A stretch of 64,000 nucleotides of DNA. Source: an uncultured Planctomycetaceae bacterium. Lineage in GTDB: Bacteria > Planctomycetota > Planctomycetia > Isosphaerales > Isosphaeraceae. Position numbers and translations under genes: made by a program. The stretch is from NCBI GenBank assembly GCA_963833985.1, contig CAWIAD010000002.1:4512001-4576000 (forward strand), written 5' to 3'. The notes beneath the pieces are model-generated. The model saw only the letters and a program-made list of their open reading frames with translations. It was not told the origin of the DNA and made no database searches. Of this stretch, positions 42,829-52,451 are shown in pieces. Numbering within the stretch: the stretch's first letter is position 1; each line of letters begins with the position of its first letter.

Positions 42829-44204
42829 ATGCCCTGTCTGTCTTCAAGGGAGCTCGTGCGAATCGCGCTGGGGGCCCGCGCCGACCAATTTCAATCCGCG
42901 CATCTTGAGCTGTGTGAACGATGTCAAAGCAGCCTCGACTCGATCCGCTTGCTCGTCCAGAGACTGGGCCACGCCCATACCCGATTCAACCACCAGCACG
43001 AAGAAGCCCGTGCGCGATTGCTGGCGAGTTTGCCGGATGCGTGGCCGCGGTCCCTGCCCGCGAAGCGGTGGAGAGCCTACTCCCGCACGATTGGAGCATT
43101 CACGATGAGACAGAAACTCGCCCTGGGAAGTGCCGGCATGGCTGCCGTGCTGACCGTTTACGTCGTCTGGTTCGCGACCGTCGCGAAGCCGATCTACGGC
43201 ATGGACGCGATGCCGGAAACGATTCGCAACGCGAAGTCATACGATTACGCGATGACCACCGAGATGCGGCTCCCCGGAGAGGCAGGCAAGCCGCCCGTCA
43301 TCGCGGAGATGCTGGGGCACTGCTACTGGGTTGCGCCGGGTCGTACCGGGTCGAGACGCTCTTGAAAAAGAGCGCCCTGGACCAGGACCTGGTGATGATC
43401 TTGCCGGCCGGCAAACCGGGTGTGGTGATTGACCGGAAGCGGAAATCTTACATACGTCAGCCGGCGCGCCTGGGCTACTTCTCGCCGCTCATGGCCCTGG
43501 ACAAGCTGAGTACCTTCTCCGGCCATGCCGACCGCGATCTCGGTACGCGGCAAATCGAGGGCAAGCAGGCCAGGGGCTTCGAGATCGAGGCCCGCAAGAT
43601 TGATCCGGACTCTTACTCCGGCTCGATGGAGATCTGGCTCGACGCCGCAACCAACCTGCCCCTGCTGCTCCGTTACGAGCTGAAGGGGGCAAGCGCTCCT
43701 GGCACCATCCGGATGACGGATTTCCACTGGAACGTTGATCTGGACCCCAAGCTCTTCGATCCCACGCCCCCGGAAGGGTTTGCCGAGGACGTGCGCGCCG
43801 CGTCACCGCTGGACGAACAGGTGAAGAAGATCACGGAGGGACTGAAGGTCTACGCCAGGTACAGCGGTGGGCACTATCCCCGCGTCAAGATGCTTTACGG
43901 AGACGTCACGCGCGATGAGCTTGCCAGGCTCAGCGGCGCACCGTACCCGCCCCGGACAGAGAAGGACTTTAGCGATCCCCGTATCGCGATGATTCATAAC
44001 GCGACCTGGGGCTTCTCGCACATCAACGTGATCCTCCGCGAAAACGCCGATGCCGCCTATCACGGGAAGACGGTTGGACCGGAGGACAAGACGAAAGTCC
44101 TCCTGCGATGGAAGCTTGACGACGGTACCTATGAAGTGATCTACGGCGACCTGCGGTCCGAGGCCGTGCCGGCCGGACGCCTGCGTGCCCTGGAAGGCCG
44201 GTAG
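42829..44204 (+). CDS. zinc-finger anti-sigma factor with TM helix and periplasmic LolA-like domain; indel near 43335
   Basis: HLELCERC (HxxxCxxC), a TM helix, then EIWLDAATNLP and FHWNVDLDPKLF. Starts 3 nt after the sigma gene. Confidence 0.8.
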
Positions 44205-44213
44205 CCGGCCGCG

Positions 44214-45093
44214 CTACTCGGGAACGATGCCCCCGTGCGGCGACATTCCCATCGCGCTGAAGATCTGTTCGCGCCGCTGGAGGTACGCGGCGGAATTCAG
44301 GTCGCGGGGTCGGGGAAGATCGATCTCCACCACTTCCTGGATTGTCGCCGGGCGGCGGCTCATGACGAGCACGCGCCCGGCAAGCTGGACCGCCTCGTCG
44401 ATATCATGAGTGACAAAGAGAATGGTCTTGCGCTCGGCTTCCCAGATCCGCACCAGGTCGTCGCGCATCTTGAACCGGGTGATGTAGTCGAGCGCCTCCG
44501 AAGGGCTCGTCCATGTAGAGGATCTCGGGGTTCGCGGCCAGCGCCCGGGCGATCTCGACCCGCTGCCGCATCCCGCCCGAGAGTTCGCGGGGATAAGACC
44601 GCTCGAACCCGGAGAGCCCGACCATCTCGACATAGTGCTCGATCACGCTGGCTCGTTGCGGCCGAGGAATCCGGTCCAGGCCAAAGCCGATATTCTCGCG
44701 AACCGTGAGCCAGGGGAAGACGCCGCCCTCCTGGAATATGAAGATCCGCCGCCGGTCGGGCCCATCGATAGGTTCTCCCTCGACGAGAACCTCGCCCCGG
44801 CTCGCGCGGACAAATCCGCCCAGGAGGTTCAGAAGCGTGGTCTTGCCACAGCCCGACGGACCAACGATGCAGACGAACTCCCCCTGGCGGACCTCGAGGT
44901 TGATTCGCTCCAGCACATGGGTGAGATCGTCCCGGCTCAGGCTGGGATAGCTCATCCAGAGCTCGCGGACGGAGATGGCCAGTGGTCCGGTCTTGCGGTC
45001 GTCTGCGTTCGGAGGTCCCATGGTCGTGGTGCGAGAAAGTCCCGGTTCAGCGCTCTGCGGGGCCTGGCGGATCACTCTCGGAGAAAAGGCCAT
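44214..45093 (-). CDS. ABC transporter ATP-binding protein, NitT/TauT type; indel near 44498
   Basis: GPSGCGKTT, LSGGMRQR, MDEPF, FVTHDIDEA. Confidence 0.92.
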
Positions 45094-45103
45094 GACAGGT
45101 CCC

Positions 45104-45898
45104 TCAGCGGTTTCCGTATCCCCAGCTAACCTCGTCGAACCGCTCGAGTCGGCGCACCACCAGGTCGAGGGCCAGGCCGATCAGGCCGATCACGACCATG
45201 CCTGCGACCACCAGGTCGTAACGCTTGCCGGCGTTGCGGGCATCGACGATCAGGTAGCCCAAACCCGAGTTCACGGCGATCATCTCGGCGGCGACCACGA
45301 CCAGCCATGCGATTCCGAGCGCGATGCGGATGCCCGTGAGGATCTGTGGCAGGGCCGCCGGCAGAATCACTCTGCGGAACAGCCGCATCCGTCCCAACTC
45401 GAAATTATTCGCCGCCCTGAGGTAGACCGGCTGCATGTTCTGCACGGCCGCCGTGGCCGAGACCGTGATCGGAAAGACGCTGGAAAGAAAGATCAGGAAC
45501 ACCGGCGCGGCGTCCGAAACTCCAAACCAGAGGATGGCCAGGGGAATCCAGGCGATCGGCGAGATCGGTCTGAGGACCTGGATCAGGGGGTTGAGCGCCT
45601 GATAAGCCGGCCGGAACCAGCCCAGAAACAGGCCCATCGGCACGCCGACCAAAATCGCCAGGAAGAACCCCCACGTCACCCGAAACAGCGAAGCGACGAC
45701 GTACTTCAGCAGCAGACCTTTGTGGGCTAGCTCGCCGATACCGAGCACGACCTCCCAGGGGCCGGGAAACAGATCATTACGCGCGAACCCGACGATGCCT
45801 TCCCAGCCCAGGAGCACCACGGCCGCCACCGCGCACGGGAGAACCAGCTCGGCCCGCGGTCGCCACGACGGCCGCAGCGCGTTTCGGTCGAGGTTCAA
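45104..45898 (-). CDS. ABC transporter permease, NitT/TauT (SsuC-like)
   Basis: LRPISPIAWIPLAILWFG, ILPAALPQI, VVVAAEM. TTG start overlaps the SBP stop. Confidence 0.92.
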   Translation of the reverse strand: MNLDRNALRPSWRPRAELVLPCAVAAVVLLGWEGIVGFARNDLFPGPWEVVLGIGELAHKGLLLKYVVASLFRVTWGFFLAILVGVPMGLFLGWFRPAYQALNPLIQVLRPISPIAWIPLAILWFGVSDAAPVFLIFLSSVFPITVSATAAVQNMQPVYLRAANNFELGRMRLFRRVILPAALPQILTGIRIALGIAWLVVVAAEMIAVNSGLGYLIVDARNAGKRYDLVVAGMVVIGLIGLALDLVVRRLERFDEVSWGYGNR

Positions 45899-46941
45899 GG
45901 AGCGCCCTCCCAGGCGTAAGGTTGAATGGTTGTCTCGTCAAGAACAAACGAGGCGTCCGCGTAGTCGTCAAAGCGGGCGGTGCCATTGAGGATTCCCGCT
46001 TCCTTTCCGAGCTGTTCGATCTCCTCAAAATCCTTGCGAACCAGAGAGAGGTGCGTGTATTTGACCCGATCGGGTGGCTTGCTGAGGACAAACCTCAGCA
46101 GCTGCGGATCTTGATGGTAGTACCGGATTGCCGAGAAATCGGCCGCCTGCATGCGGTGCGCCATATCGCGGTCGAGCCACTTGCCGCTTTTCGCAATCCC
46201 ATCGACGAGGCGCTGAACATCAGCGCGCCGAGTCTGGATCACGCGGTCAGAGACGGCCAGCACGCAGGAAATGAAGTCAGGCCAGACGTCCTTGGTCATG
46301 AACAGAACGCGACCGTAACCATCCATCTCGGTTTGCGCCATGAACGGCTCTCCCGAGATCACCGCGTCAACGGAGCGCGAGTAGAGCGCAGCGGGCATGT
46401 CGGGCGGGGGCAGCTCCAGGAGCGTGGCCTCGCTCATCTTCATGCCTCGCTCCCTGAAGGCTTTGAAGAGAATGAGGCTCTGGTTGGAGAACCGGTTGGG
46501 GATGGCGATTCTGCGACCGCGCAAGTCCTCGATCTTGTGGATTATCGAATCCTTGTGCACCATCATGGTCGTCCCGTCGCGGTGCCCCAGGTAGACAATC
46601 TTGATCGGCACCCCTTGCTCGCGGAGCGACATTGCCAGCGGGGCGAGGATGAATGTCGCTTCCAGATCGTTCGCCAGAAACGTCTCCTTGAGCTCTGGCC
46701 AGCCATTGAACCGGATCGGATCGAAGATCCCGTCGCCACTCATTTTCTCGTTGATGAAGTTGGTCACCGGGCACGTCAGGTGGCAGGTGACCGGGATGAA
46801 GCCGACGCGGAACGGCGAGCCAGCACGACTGCGCCCTTCGAGAGTGCGGTCGAGCAGACCCAGGTTCATGGTCATGTGAAGCAGGCTGATGACCGCGACC
46901 CAGCCGAGTGAGCCGAGGAGCACGGTCCGTCGCATCGACAT
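45895..46941 (-). CDS. ABC transporter substrate-binding protein, NrtA/CmpA/SsuA-like
   Basis: RVGFIPVTCHLTCP, FNGWPELKE, GHRDG, IAIPNRFS, PPPDMP, GEPF, DVWPDFISCVL. Confidence 0.88.
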   Translation of the reverse strand: MSMRRTVLLGSLGWVAVISLLHMTMNLGLLDRTLEGRSRAGSPFRVGFIPVTCHLTCPVTNFINEKMSGDGIFDPIRFNGWPELKETFLANDLEATFILAPLAMSLREQGVPIKIVYLGHRDGTTMMVHKDSIIHKIEDLRGRRIAIPNRFSNQSLILFKAFRERGMKMSEATLLELPPPDMPAALYSRSVDAVISGEPFMAQTEMDGYGRVLFMTKDVWPDFISCVLAVSDRVIQTRRADVQRLVDGIAKSGKWLDRDMAHRMQAADFSAIRYYHQDPQLLRFVLSKPPDRVKYTHLSLVRKDFEEIEQLGKEAGILNGTARFDDYADASFVLDETTIQPYAWEGAP

Positions 46942-46974
46942 CGCGAGCCTTTCGTTTGAACGATTCCTTCCGGA

Positions 46975-48045
46975 TCACCCTTGGAGCGGCAGAGACCGCC
47001 GGCCAAAGAGGAACAGCACGTGCAGGGCCATGTTCAAGACGATCACACCGAGGGCAGCCAGCGCCAGCTCCTGGCTGGCGAGGTGCTCGTGATAGCACGT
47101 CCAGCAGTACTGGAAAAGGCACAAGAGAGCTACGGTACCCAGTATGATGCGTCGCGAGATGAAGCGTGAGACCAGGCTGCCCAGCGGGCCGCCCACGGCG
47201 ACGACCGGGGCCGCCGCCAACCAGTAAGGAAACACATCGACGATCGTCGCTCGGCTGGACGGCCAGCAGGCCGCCGCCAACAAGGAGCATCCTGCGCCAA
47301 CCACGGAGGTAAACGCCATCAGGATGACCGAACTCGGAATGGCCACCTTGATGTCGGTGTGATAGAGCAGGACGAGTGTGCCGTAGAGCAGAATGTCGGC
47401 GCCGACGCCTATCACCGAAGCGAGCAGTCCGCCAAGTGCGCCCACGACAAAGCCGATCACCGGGTCGCCCGCGAAGTACGTCCGCGAGAGCCCCTGGTTA
47501 GCCACGATGCCTCGCATCCGGACCAGAAGCAACAACCCAAAGCTGGCATAGACGACCGAAAAGAGCACCTTCACCGCGCTGTCCGCGACGTTCGGGGCCA
47601 CCAGCCCCATCCCCAGCGGCATCGCGAAGGCGGATCCCAGGAGCGCGAATCTTAGGATCCGCCACTCGATGCTCCTCCCGCGAGTGACAATATAAACGCT
47701 GGCCGATACCATGCCGATCGACTGGATGGCCAGGCTGAAGGTTCTGCCAAGCCGAGCCGGTTCGTTGAACACGTAAACGAGCAAGGGGAAGCCGATTGTC
47801 CCGCCGGCAACCGGGCTCGAGCCGCCGACGAACGAGCCTCCCGCCATCGCCAGGGCAATGCTCCAGTGGTCGCGCACCACGGACCAGAGACCAGCGCCCT
47901 GCACAATCACGAGCCAGGCCGTGTAGAACAGCAGGAGCCAGATCGCGAAGATCCGCCGCGCCGGCCCTCCCGCGGATGAGCTGCCGCGGGAAGGGACCGA
48001 GGTGGGCGAGACGACCGGTGCTCTGGTCACGAGAGCACCACTCAT
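46975..48045 (-). CDS. TSUP / TauE-SafE family membrane transporter
   Basis: Multi-TM protein with GSSPVAGGTIGFP, FSLAIQSIGM, GVGADI, SVILMAFTS, AAAPVVAVGGPLG. Confidence 0.8.
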   Translation of the reverse strand: MSGALVTRAPVVSPTSVPSRGSSSAGGPARRIFAIWLLLFYTAWLVIVQGAGLWSVVRDHWSIALAMAGGSFVGGSSPVAGGTIGFPLLVYVFNEPARLGRTFSLAIQSIGMVSASVYIVTRGRSIEWRILRFALLGSAFAMPLGMGLVAPNVADSAVKVLFSVVYASFGLLLLVRMRGIVANQGLSRTYFAGDPVIGFVVGALGGLLASVIGVGADILLYGTLVLLYHTDIKVAIPSSVILMAFTSVVGAGCSLLAAACWPSSRATIVDVFPYWLAAAPVVAVGGPLGSLVSRFISRRIILGTVALLCLFQYCWTCYHEHLASQELALAALGVIVLNMALHVLFLFGRRSLPLQG

Positions 48046-48434
48046 TTGTGAAGAATCTGCTTCTGATTGCCAAGGATTTCACGCTGGTTGGCGACGATCT
48101 CCCGTTGCCCTTCCAGAAGCTTATCCTGGTTGGCCTGAATGTGCTCCTGGTTCGCCAGGATCGAAGCCTGGTTCGCCACCGTCCGATCGAGCTTGTCCTG
48201 GTTGGCCAGGATCGCAGCCTGGTTGGCCTCGATGCTCGCCTGGTTCGCCAGCACCTTGTCGAGCTTCTTCTGGTTGTCCCGGATCGACTCCTGGTTCGCC
48301 AGGATCGCGGCCTGATTGGCGGCGATCTTGTCGAGCTTTGATTGGTTCTTCTCGATCGACTCCTGGTTCGCCAGGATCTTCTCCTGGTTGCTGAGAATCG
48401 ATTTCTGATTGGCGATCACGTCATCGGCTGCCAT
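48042..48434 (-). CDS. 130-aa heptad-repeat coiled-coil protein (IxxNQxx)
   Basis: GGAG RBS. Fifteen [I/V/T]xxNQxx heptads. Stop overlaps the TauE start (ATGA). Confidence 0.85.
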   Translation of the reverse strand: MAADDVIANQKSILSNQEKILANQESIEKNQSKLDKIAANQAAILANQESIRDNQKKLDKVLANQASIEANQAAILANQDKLDRTVANQASILANQEHIQANQDKLLEGQREIVANQREILGNQKQILHK

Positions 48435-48542
48435 GGAGAGTGCTCCGTTCACGAAGAAAAAACGGGGAAAAGCCTGGCCAGGCGGGACCCGTTCGGGTTC
48501 CGCGCTCATTCTCCCGCCGGCCAGTCAACAACCTGCGCCCGA

Positions 48543-49805
48543 TCAATGTCCAGTTGCGTTGGGTCTGGTCTGGGAGATCGCAGTGGAAGGCTTCGTTCCC
48601 GTTGCCGGGTACTGGTACTCATCCTGGAGGATCAGGACCAGCGACTGCTCCAGCTCGTCCGGCTTGAAACCGAATGGGCCGCGGCCGTTCTTGAAAGCGA
48701 CCTTGCCGTTGCGGTCGATCAGGTAGAACCGGCCGGGCATGCCGCTGTAGCGGGCTCCCACCGCGTCGTCGATCGTGTCGACCAGCAATGGAAAACCCAG
48801 GCCCAGCAACTTCCCGCAGCGCTGGGCCACGGCGACCCGTTCGGCGTAGGTGCCCGGCTGCGCCGTGGTCACGCCCACGTGATCGTTGCTTTCCATCCGC
48901 CAGCCGTCGGTGGGATGGGCTTCGCGCACGTAGACCATCAGAAAGTTCGCGCGGTCGGCGTAGCGGCGGTGCAGCTTCTCGAAATTGCCGGCCATGCTGC
49001 GGAACGGCCCGCAGGTGAAGTTGCCGAAGATGAGCACGATCGGTTTGGGACCAACTTCTTTCGACAGCGTGAGCTGCTTCTTGCCATCGTATGTCTTGAG
49101 CGTGAAATCGGGTGCGGGCTCGTCCAGTTTCGGTCCGGGCTGAAGCGAGCCGATCTCCTGGCGAAACAGGCCCCGGATGAGCATGGCCTTGGTGGGACGG
49201 TCGCCGCGCGACATGCCGCGTGCCGGCGCGGGGAAGGCCGTCTCCAGGTCGGCACGCGACAGGAAACCCAGGCCGTCGGAGTCGGTGGCGCGGAAGAAGG
49301 CCTCGAGCTCCTCGCGCGTCACCTTGCCGTTGCCGTCACGGTCCAGCCGCGAGAAGAGGTACGCGCCGGGCGGGGTCGGTGCATCGCTCCTGGAGAAATC
49401 GAAATCCGTGCCGGTGAGCGCACCGTCGCGGTCGCGATCGAGCCGGGCGAAATCGTGGTCGAGACCCGGAAACTCCGCGCGCGTGATGCGGCCGTCGCCG
49501 TCTCGGTCATAGCGTTTGCGGGTGCTGTCCCAGGTGAACCGCGTCTGGGTGACGGCGGTCCGGAACCAACCGTAGTTCGGTCCCATGGCCTCGTCGTCCA
49601 GGATGGCCGTGTACATATCGAGCCATTCGGGACGATCCGGCCAGGACTCCTTGAGGACCCTGGCGATCTCGTCGGCCTCGGTGGCCGCCGGAGCGCCCGT
49701 GGGTGTCGCGGCCCCCTTTGGCTCGTCGGCGGACGCGGGCCACGCCGCAACCGCCGCGCCGAGAAGCCATGTCAGCATCTTGGTCCATGGTCTCGAAACA
49801 GGCAT
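48543..49805 (-). CDS. exported EF-hand plus iodothyronine-deiodinase-like (thioredoxin-fold) protein
   Basis: Signal peptide; four DxDxDG/DxDxxG loops; FGNFTCGPF, VYVREAHPTDGW, LVDTIDD, YSGMPGRFYLID, GRGPFGF. Confidence 0.85.
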   Translation of the reverse strand: MPVSRPWTKMLTWLLGAAVAAWPASADEPKGAATPTGAPAATEADEIARVLKESWPDRPEWLDMYTAILDDEAMGPNYGWFRTAVTQTRFTWDSTRKRYDRDGDGRITRAEFPGLDHDFARLDRDRDGALTGTDFDFSRSDAPTPPGAYLFSRLDRDGNGKVTREELEAFFRATDSDGLGFLSRADLETAFPAPARGMSRGDRPTKAMLIRGLFRQEIGSLQPGPKLDEPAPDFTLKTYDGKKQLTLSKEVGPKPIVLIFGNFTCGPFRSMAGNFEKLHRRYADRANFLMVYVREAHPTDGWRMESNDHVGVTTAQPGTYAERVAVAQRCGKLLGLGFPLLVDTIDDAVGARYSGMPGRFYLIDRNGKVAFKNGRGPFGFKPDELEQSLVLILQDEYQYPATGTKPSTAISQTRPNATGH

Positions 49806-49874
49806 GAAGAAACTCCTTGAGGAAGGTCGTGGTTGTAATCGGATCGGAAGCGGAGTGAATCGCTCCGGACCGCG

Positions 49875-50339
49875 TCAACGTCGCAGCATGTCCCGGAAAA
49901 CCGTGACCGAGGGACTGGTGCCCACCAGGTAATACACGGTCTTCTCGATCGGTTTGCCCTTGTTCCCGGCGAGCGTGAGCTTGACCCGCACGCTCAGGTT
50001 CGCGTCGCGCGGTTGCCCCTCGCCCAGCAGTTGATAATCCAGCAATCGGACGCCGCCCTGCCAGTCGAAGTCCTGCACCGTCATGGGAGGTGCGGCCGCG
50101 GCAAGCGATCCGGGGGCATCCCCGTTTTTCCAGCGATCCAGTGCCGTCACCAGCGCGTCTCGTGCGCGGGACGAATCCACCGCGTGGGCCGCGCTGCTCC
50201 CGCAGCCGGAAAACGCCAGCAGCGAGAGCGCGGCCAGGCAGGCGGCGAGAATGCCCAGCGAACCGTACAGGGCCAGTGTGCGTTCTGCCCTGACGGACGA
50301 CATGGACTGACTTGTCAGGCCCGATTTCGTGTTCCACAT
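49875..50339 (-). CDS. lipoprotein of the DUF1559-associated type
   Basis: Lipobox-like FSGC, then ARDALVTALDRWKNG..QDFDW..YLVGTSP. Confidence 0.75.
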   Translation of the reverse strand: MWNTKSGLTSQSMSSVRAERTLALYGSLGILAACLAALSLLAFSGCGSSAAHAVDSSRARDALVTALDRWKNGDAPGSLAAAAPPMTVQDFDWQGGVRLLDYQLLGEGQPRDANLSVRVKLTLAGNKGKPIEKTVYYLVGTSPSVTVFRDMLRR

Positions 50340-50358
50340 GAAGCTGCCCCTTCCTGTA

Positions 50359-51313
50359 TCAATAGCTGTCTGCGCTGATCACTTCGCCGCCGGAAATGGT
50401 GCCAAGCACCGCCAGACGGCCAGGTTGATCGAATCTTTCGTGAACCGCACCGAGCCGTCCCCCAGCAGCAGGTTCACGCCACCCGGGTGGTGGCTGCTCG
50501 GCGGCATCACGGCGCGGAGCGAAAGGAAGAAACCGCACGACCGAGAGTTCGGACCCGAGACATGAGTGAAGATATGCTGCCCGCACAGCCAGGCGCACCC
50601 ATGAACAGGGGAAACTGGTTCTGCAAGTTCGTGATATCCACGGCCTGGCATTGCTGAAAGGCCTGGTCGGGCGTCGTGGGAGCCAGCGGTGAGAAGAAGA
50701 CGTCGGCGACCGGGCTGACGATCGCGTTGTTGCCGTCGGCCAGGACCCGCTCGCTGAAGAACCCGGTGTTCGACAGCCCGTCGGTGATCGCGGCGAACTT
50801 CGTGGCACTGTCGCCGTGGAATACGCCGTTGGGCGTGGGCAATCCCACGTTCGGCCCCACGGGCGACTGCCAGACGATGCCACTGCCCATGTCGGCCATG
50901 TAATTCGTCTGCGCACCCAGGGAAGGCAAGGGATCGCTCAGGTCCGAGGGGCAGACGAACTGGCTGACGACCGTGTACATCGCGGTCGTGTTCGTGGGGT
51001 CCTGGTAGTTGAAGGCGCAGTTCACCGAGTTGTAGATGCCCGTCTGCTCCATGAGCGGCAAGAGCATGGTGAGCGCGGAGAGCTCCGTGACGTTGAACAC
51101 CATGTCGGCCCCGGGCAGGGCCCCGCGCGACTCGGCGTAGTTCTGGCACGCCAGCCCGATCTGCTTGAGGTTGTTCACGCACTGGATCCGCCGCGCAGCC
51201 TCGCGGGCCGATTGTACGGCTGGCAGCAGGAGAGAGATGAGGACAGCGATGATGGCGATGACCACCAGCAGCTCGATGAGCGTGAAACCTCGGTGCGTGG
51301 AACGAATACGCAT
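50359..51313 (-). CDS. DUF1559 family prepilin-type protein; indels near 50597 and 50405
   Basis: [77 protein letters not shown]. Confidence 0.92.
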
Positions 51314-51657
51314 AAGCAACTCCTTGAGAATGATCGAAGGAATGAGAAGACTTTGATAACAATGCGCGCTAATAATGAGGGGAGTACGGATCGCGCAGGA
51401 TCTGCGCCGGCGCTGATGACAGCGGCCATCAGAGCCGTGGCGTTTGCGCGAAGGCCCAGGGTTTCCGGCACGGGTCGGACCGCCGCGGCAGTCGAGCGCC
51501 GCTCGAGTGCTCGGGGACGGATCCTGACGTACAGGCACCCGCGCACGCGGGACCACCGCGAGCGCCAGAAGATGTCCGCATCTGCACCGGACGCCGCCAG
51601 CACGCATCGAGCCTGCGGCGCAGCGCGCAGCCGGCCATACGCTCCTGACAGGGTTCC

Positions 51658-52111
51658 TCAGGCAGAGAAGGCGCGGCGGCGCGGTCGGGGCGGGTGGAAG
51701 ATCGAGCAGGTCCGGTCGATGCCGGGAGGACCGGGATCACAGGGCAGGCTTGCGATGAGTCCCGGCTCGTTAGCCGGGCCAGCGGTCACTGCCAGGGCCC
51801 ACTCGACGCGGAAAAGGCGGGAGCCGGACGGCTGTGTCGACGACGGTGCCGCGGGGCTCCTCGAGCAGAAGGCCCCGGTGCACGGCATTGCCGGCAACCG
51901 GTGTGGGGTGCGATCGGCCAGGTCGAGGAGTGCCCCCGAACGTTCCAGCTGCTCCAGGCCAGCGAACCAGGCTGCCGCGCCATCGTGGAATGGACGTAAG
52001 GTGCGTCACAGCCGGCACGCACGGCGCCGGCATGAAGGCGAACGCAGCCAGCAGCGCGAGCCATCCGCCGCTGAGGCGATTTCCCAGGAGGTTTCGAACT
52101 GGGAGTCTCAT
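51658..52111 (-). CDS. secreted Cys-containing leader-type protein ending IFHPPR (reconstructed across two indels, ~52025 and ~51960)
   Basis: GAGGTGG RBS and ATG at 52111. Signal peptide ...AVRA|GC, then PCTGAFCS and [15 protein letters not shown]. The ORF track splits it over three frames. Confidence 0.6.
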
Positions 52112-52451
52112 TCCACCTCGCACGACGCGATGAGCTGAAACGCGATACGGCTTCTGGGCGAACCCGCCATGAATTTGATGATTGCTCGGCGGCGAGAAGC
52201 AATCCCGAGCACGACGACAGTGAAATCGTGAGTAAAGGTACCACCACGCTCACGCGGATTCAAGCCGTTCAATTCGCGTTTTGCCAGCCGGACGTCACGA
52301 GAGGGGTCATCGGGCGACGCTTCGCTTCGCGGCCCCAAGTCGCGCGAGGTTGTGTTCTAGACTTGCACGGAGTCCTCGGGGCCGTACTCAGGGCCACGGT
52401 GCGGACTCCGCCCGCGGACGCGTCGAGCGCACAGGCCCTCGGAGCATGCCG

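Noticed and set aside
48042..48434. Recurring CCTGGTTCGCCAGGAT-like DNA repeats as a CRISPR array
   Set aside because: They have 21-nt coding periodicity with synonymous variation, no unique spacers and no cas genes. The heptad protein explains them.
49005..49030. Selenocysteine recoding in the deiodinase-like gene
   Set aside because: The active-site codon is TGC (Cys) and the frame is open.
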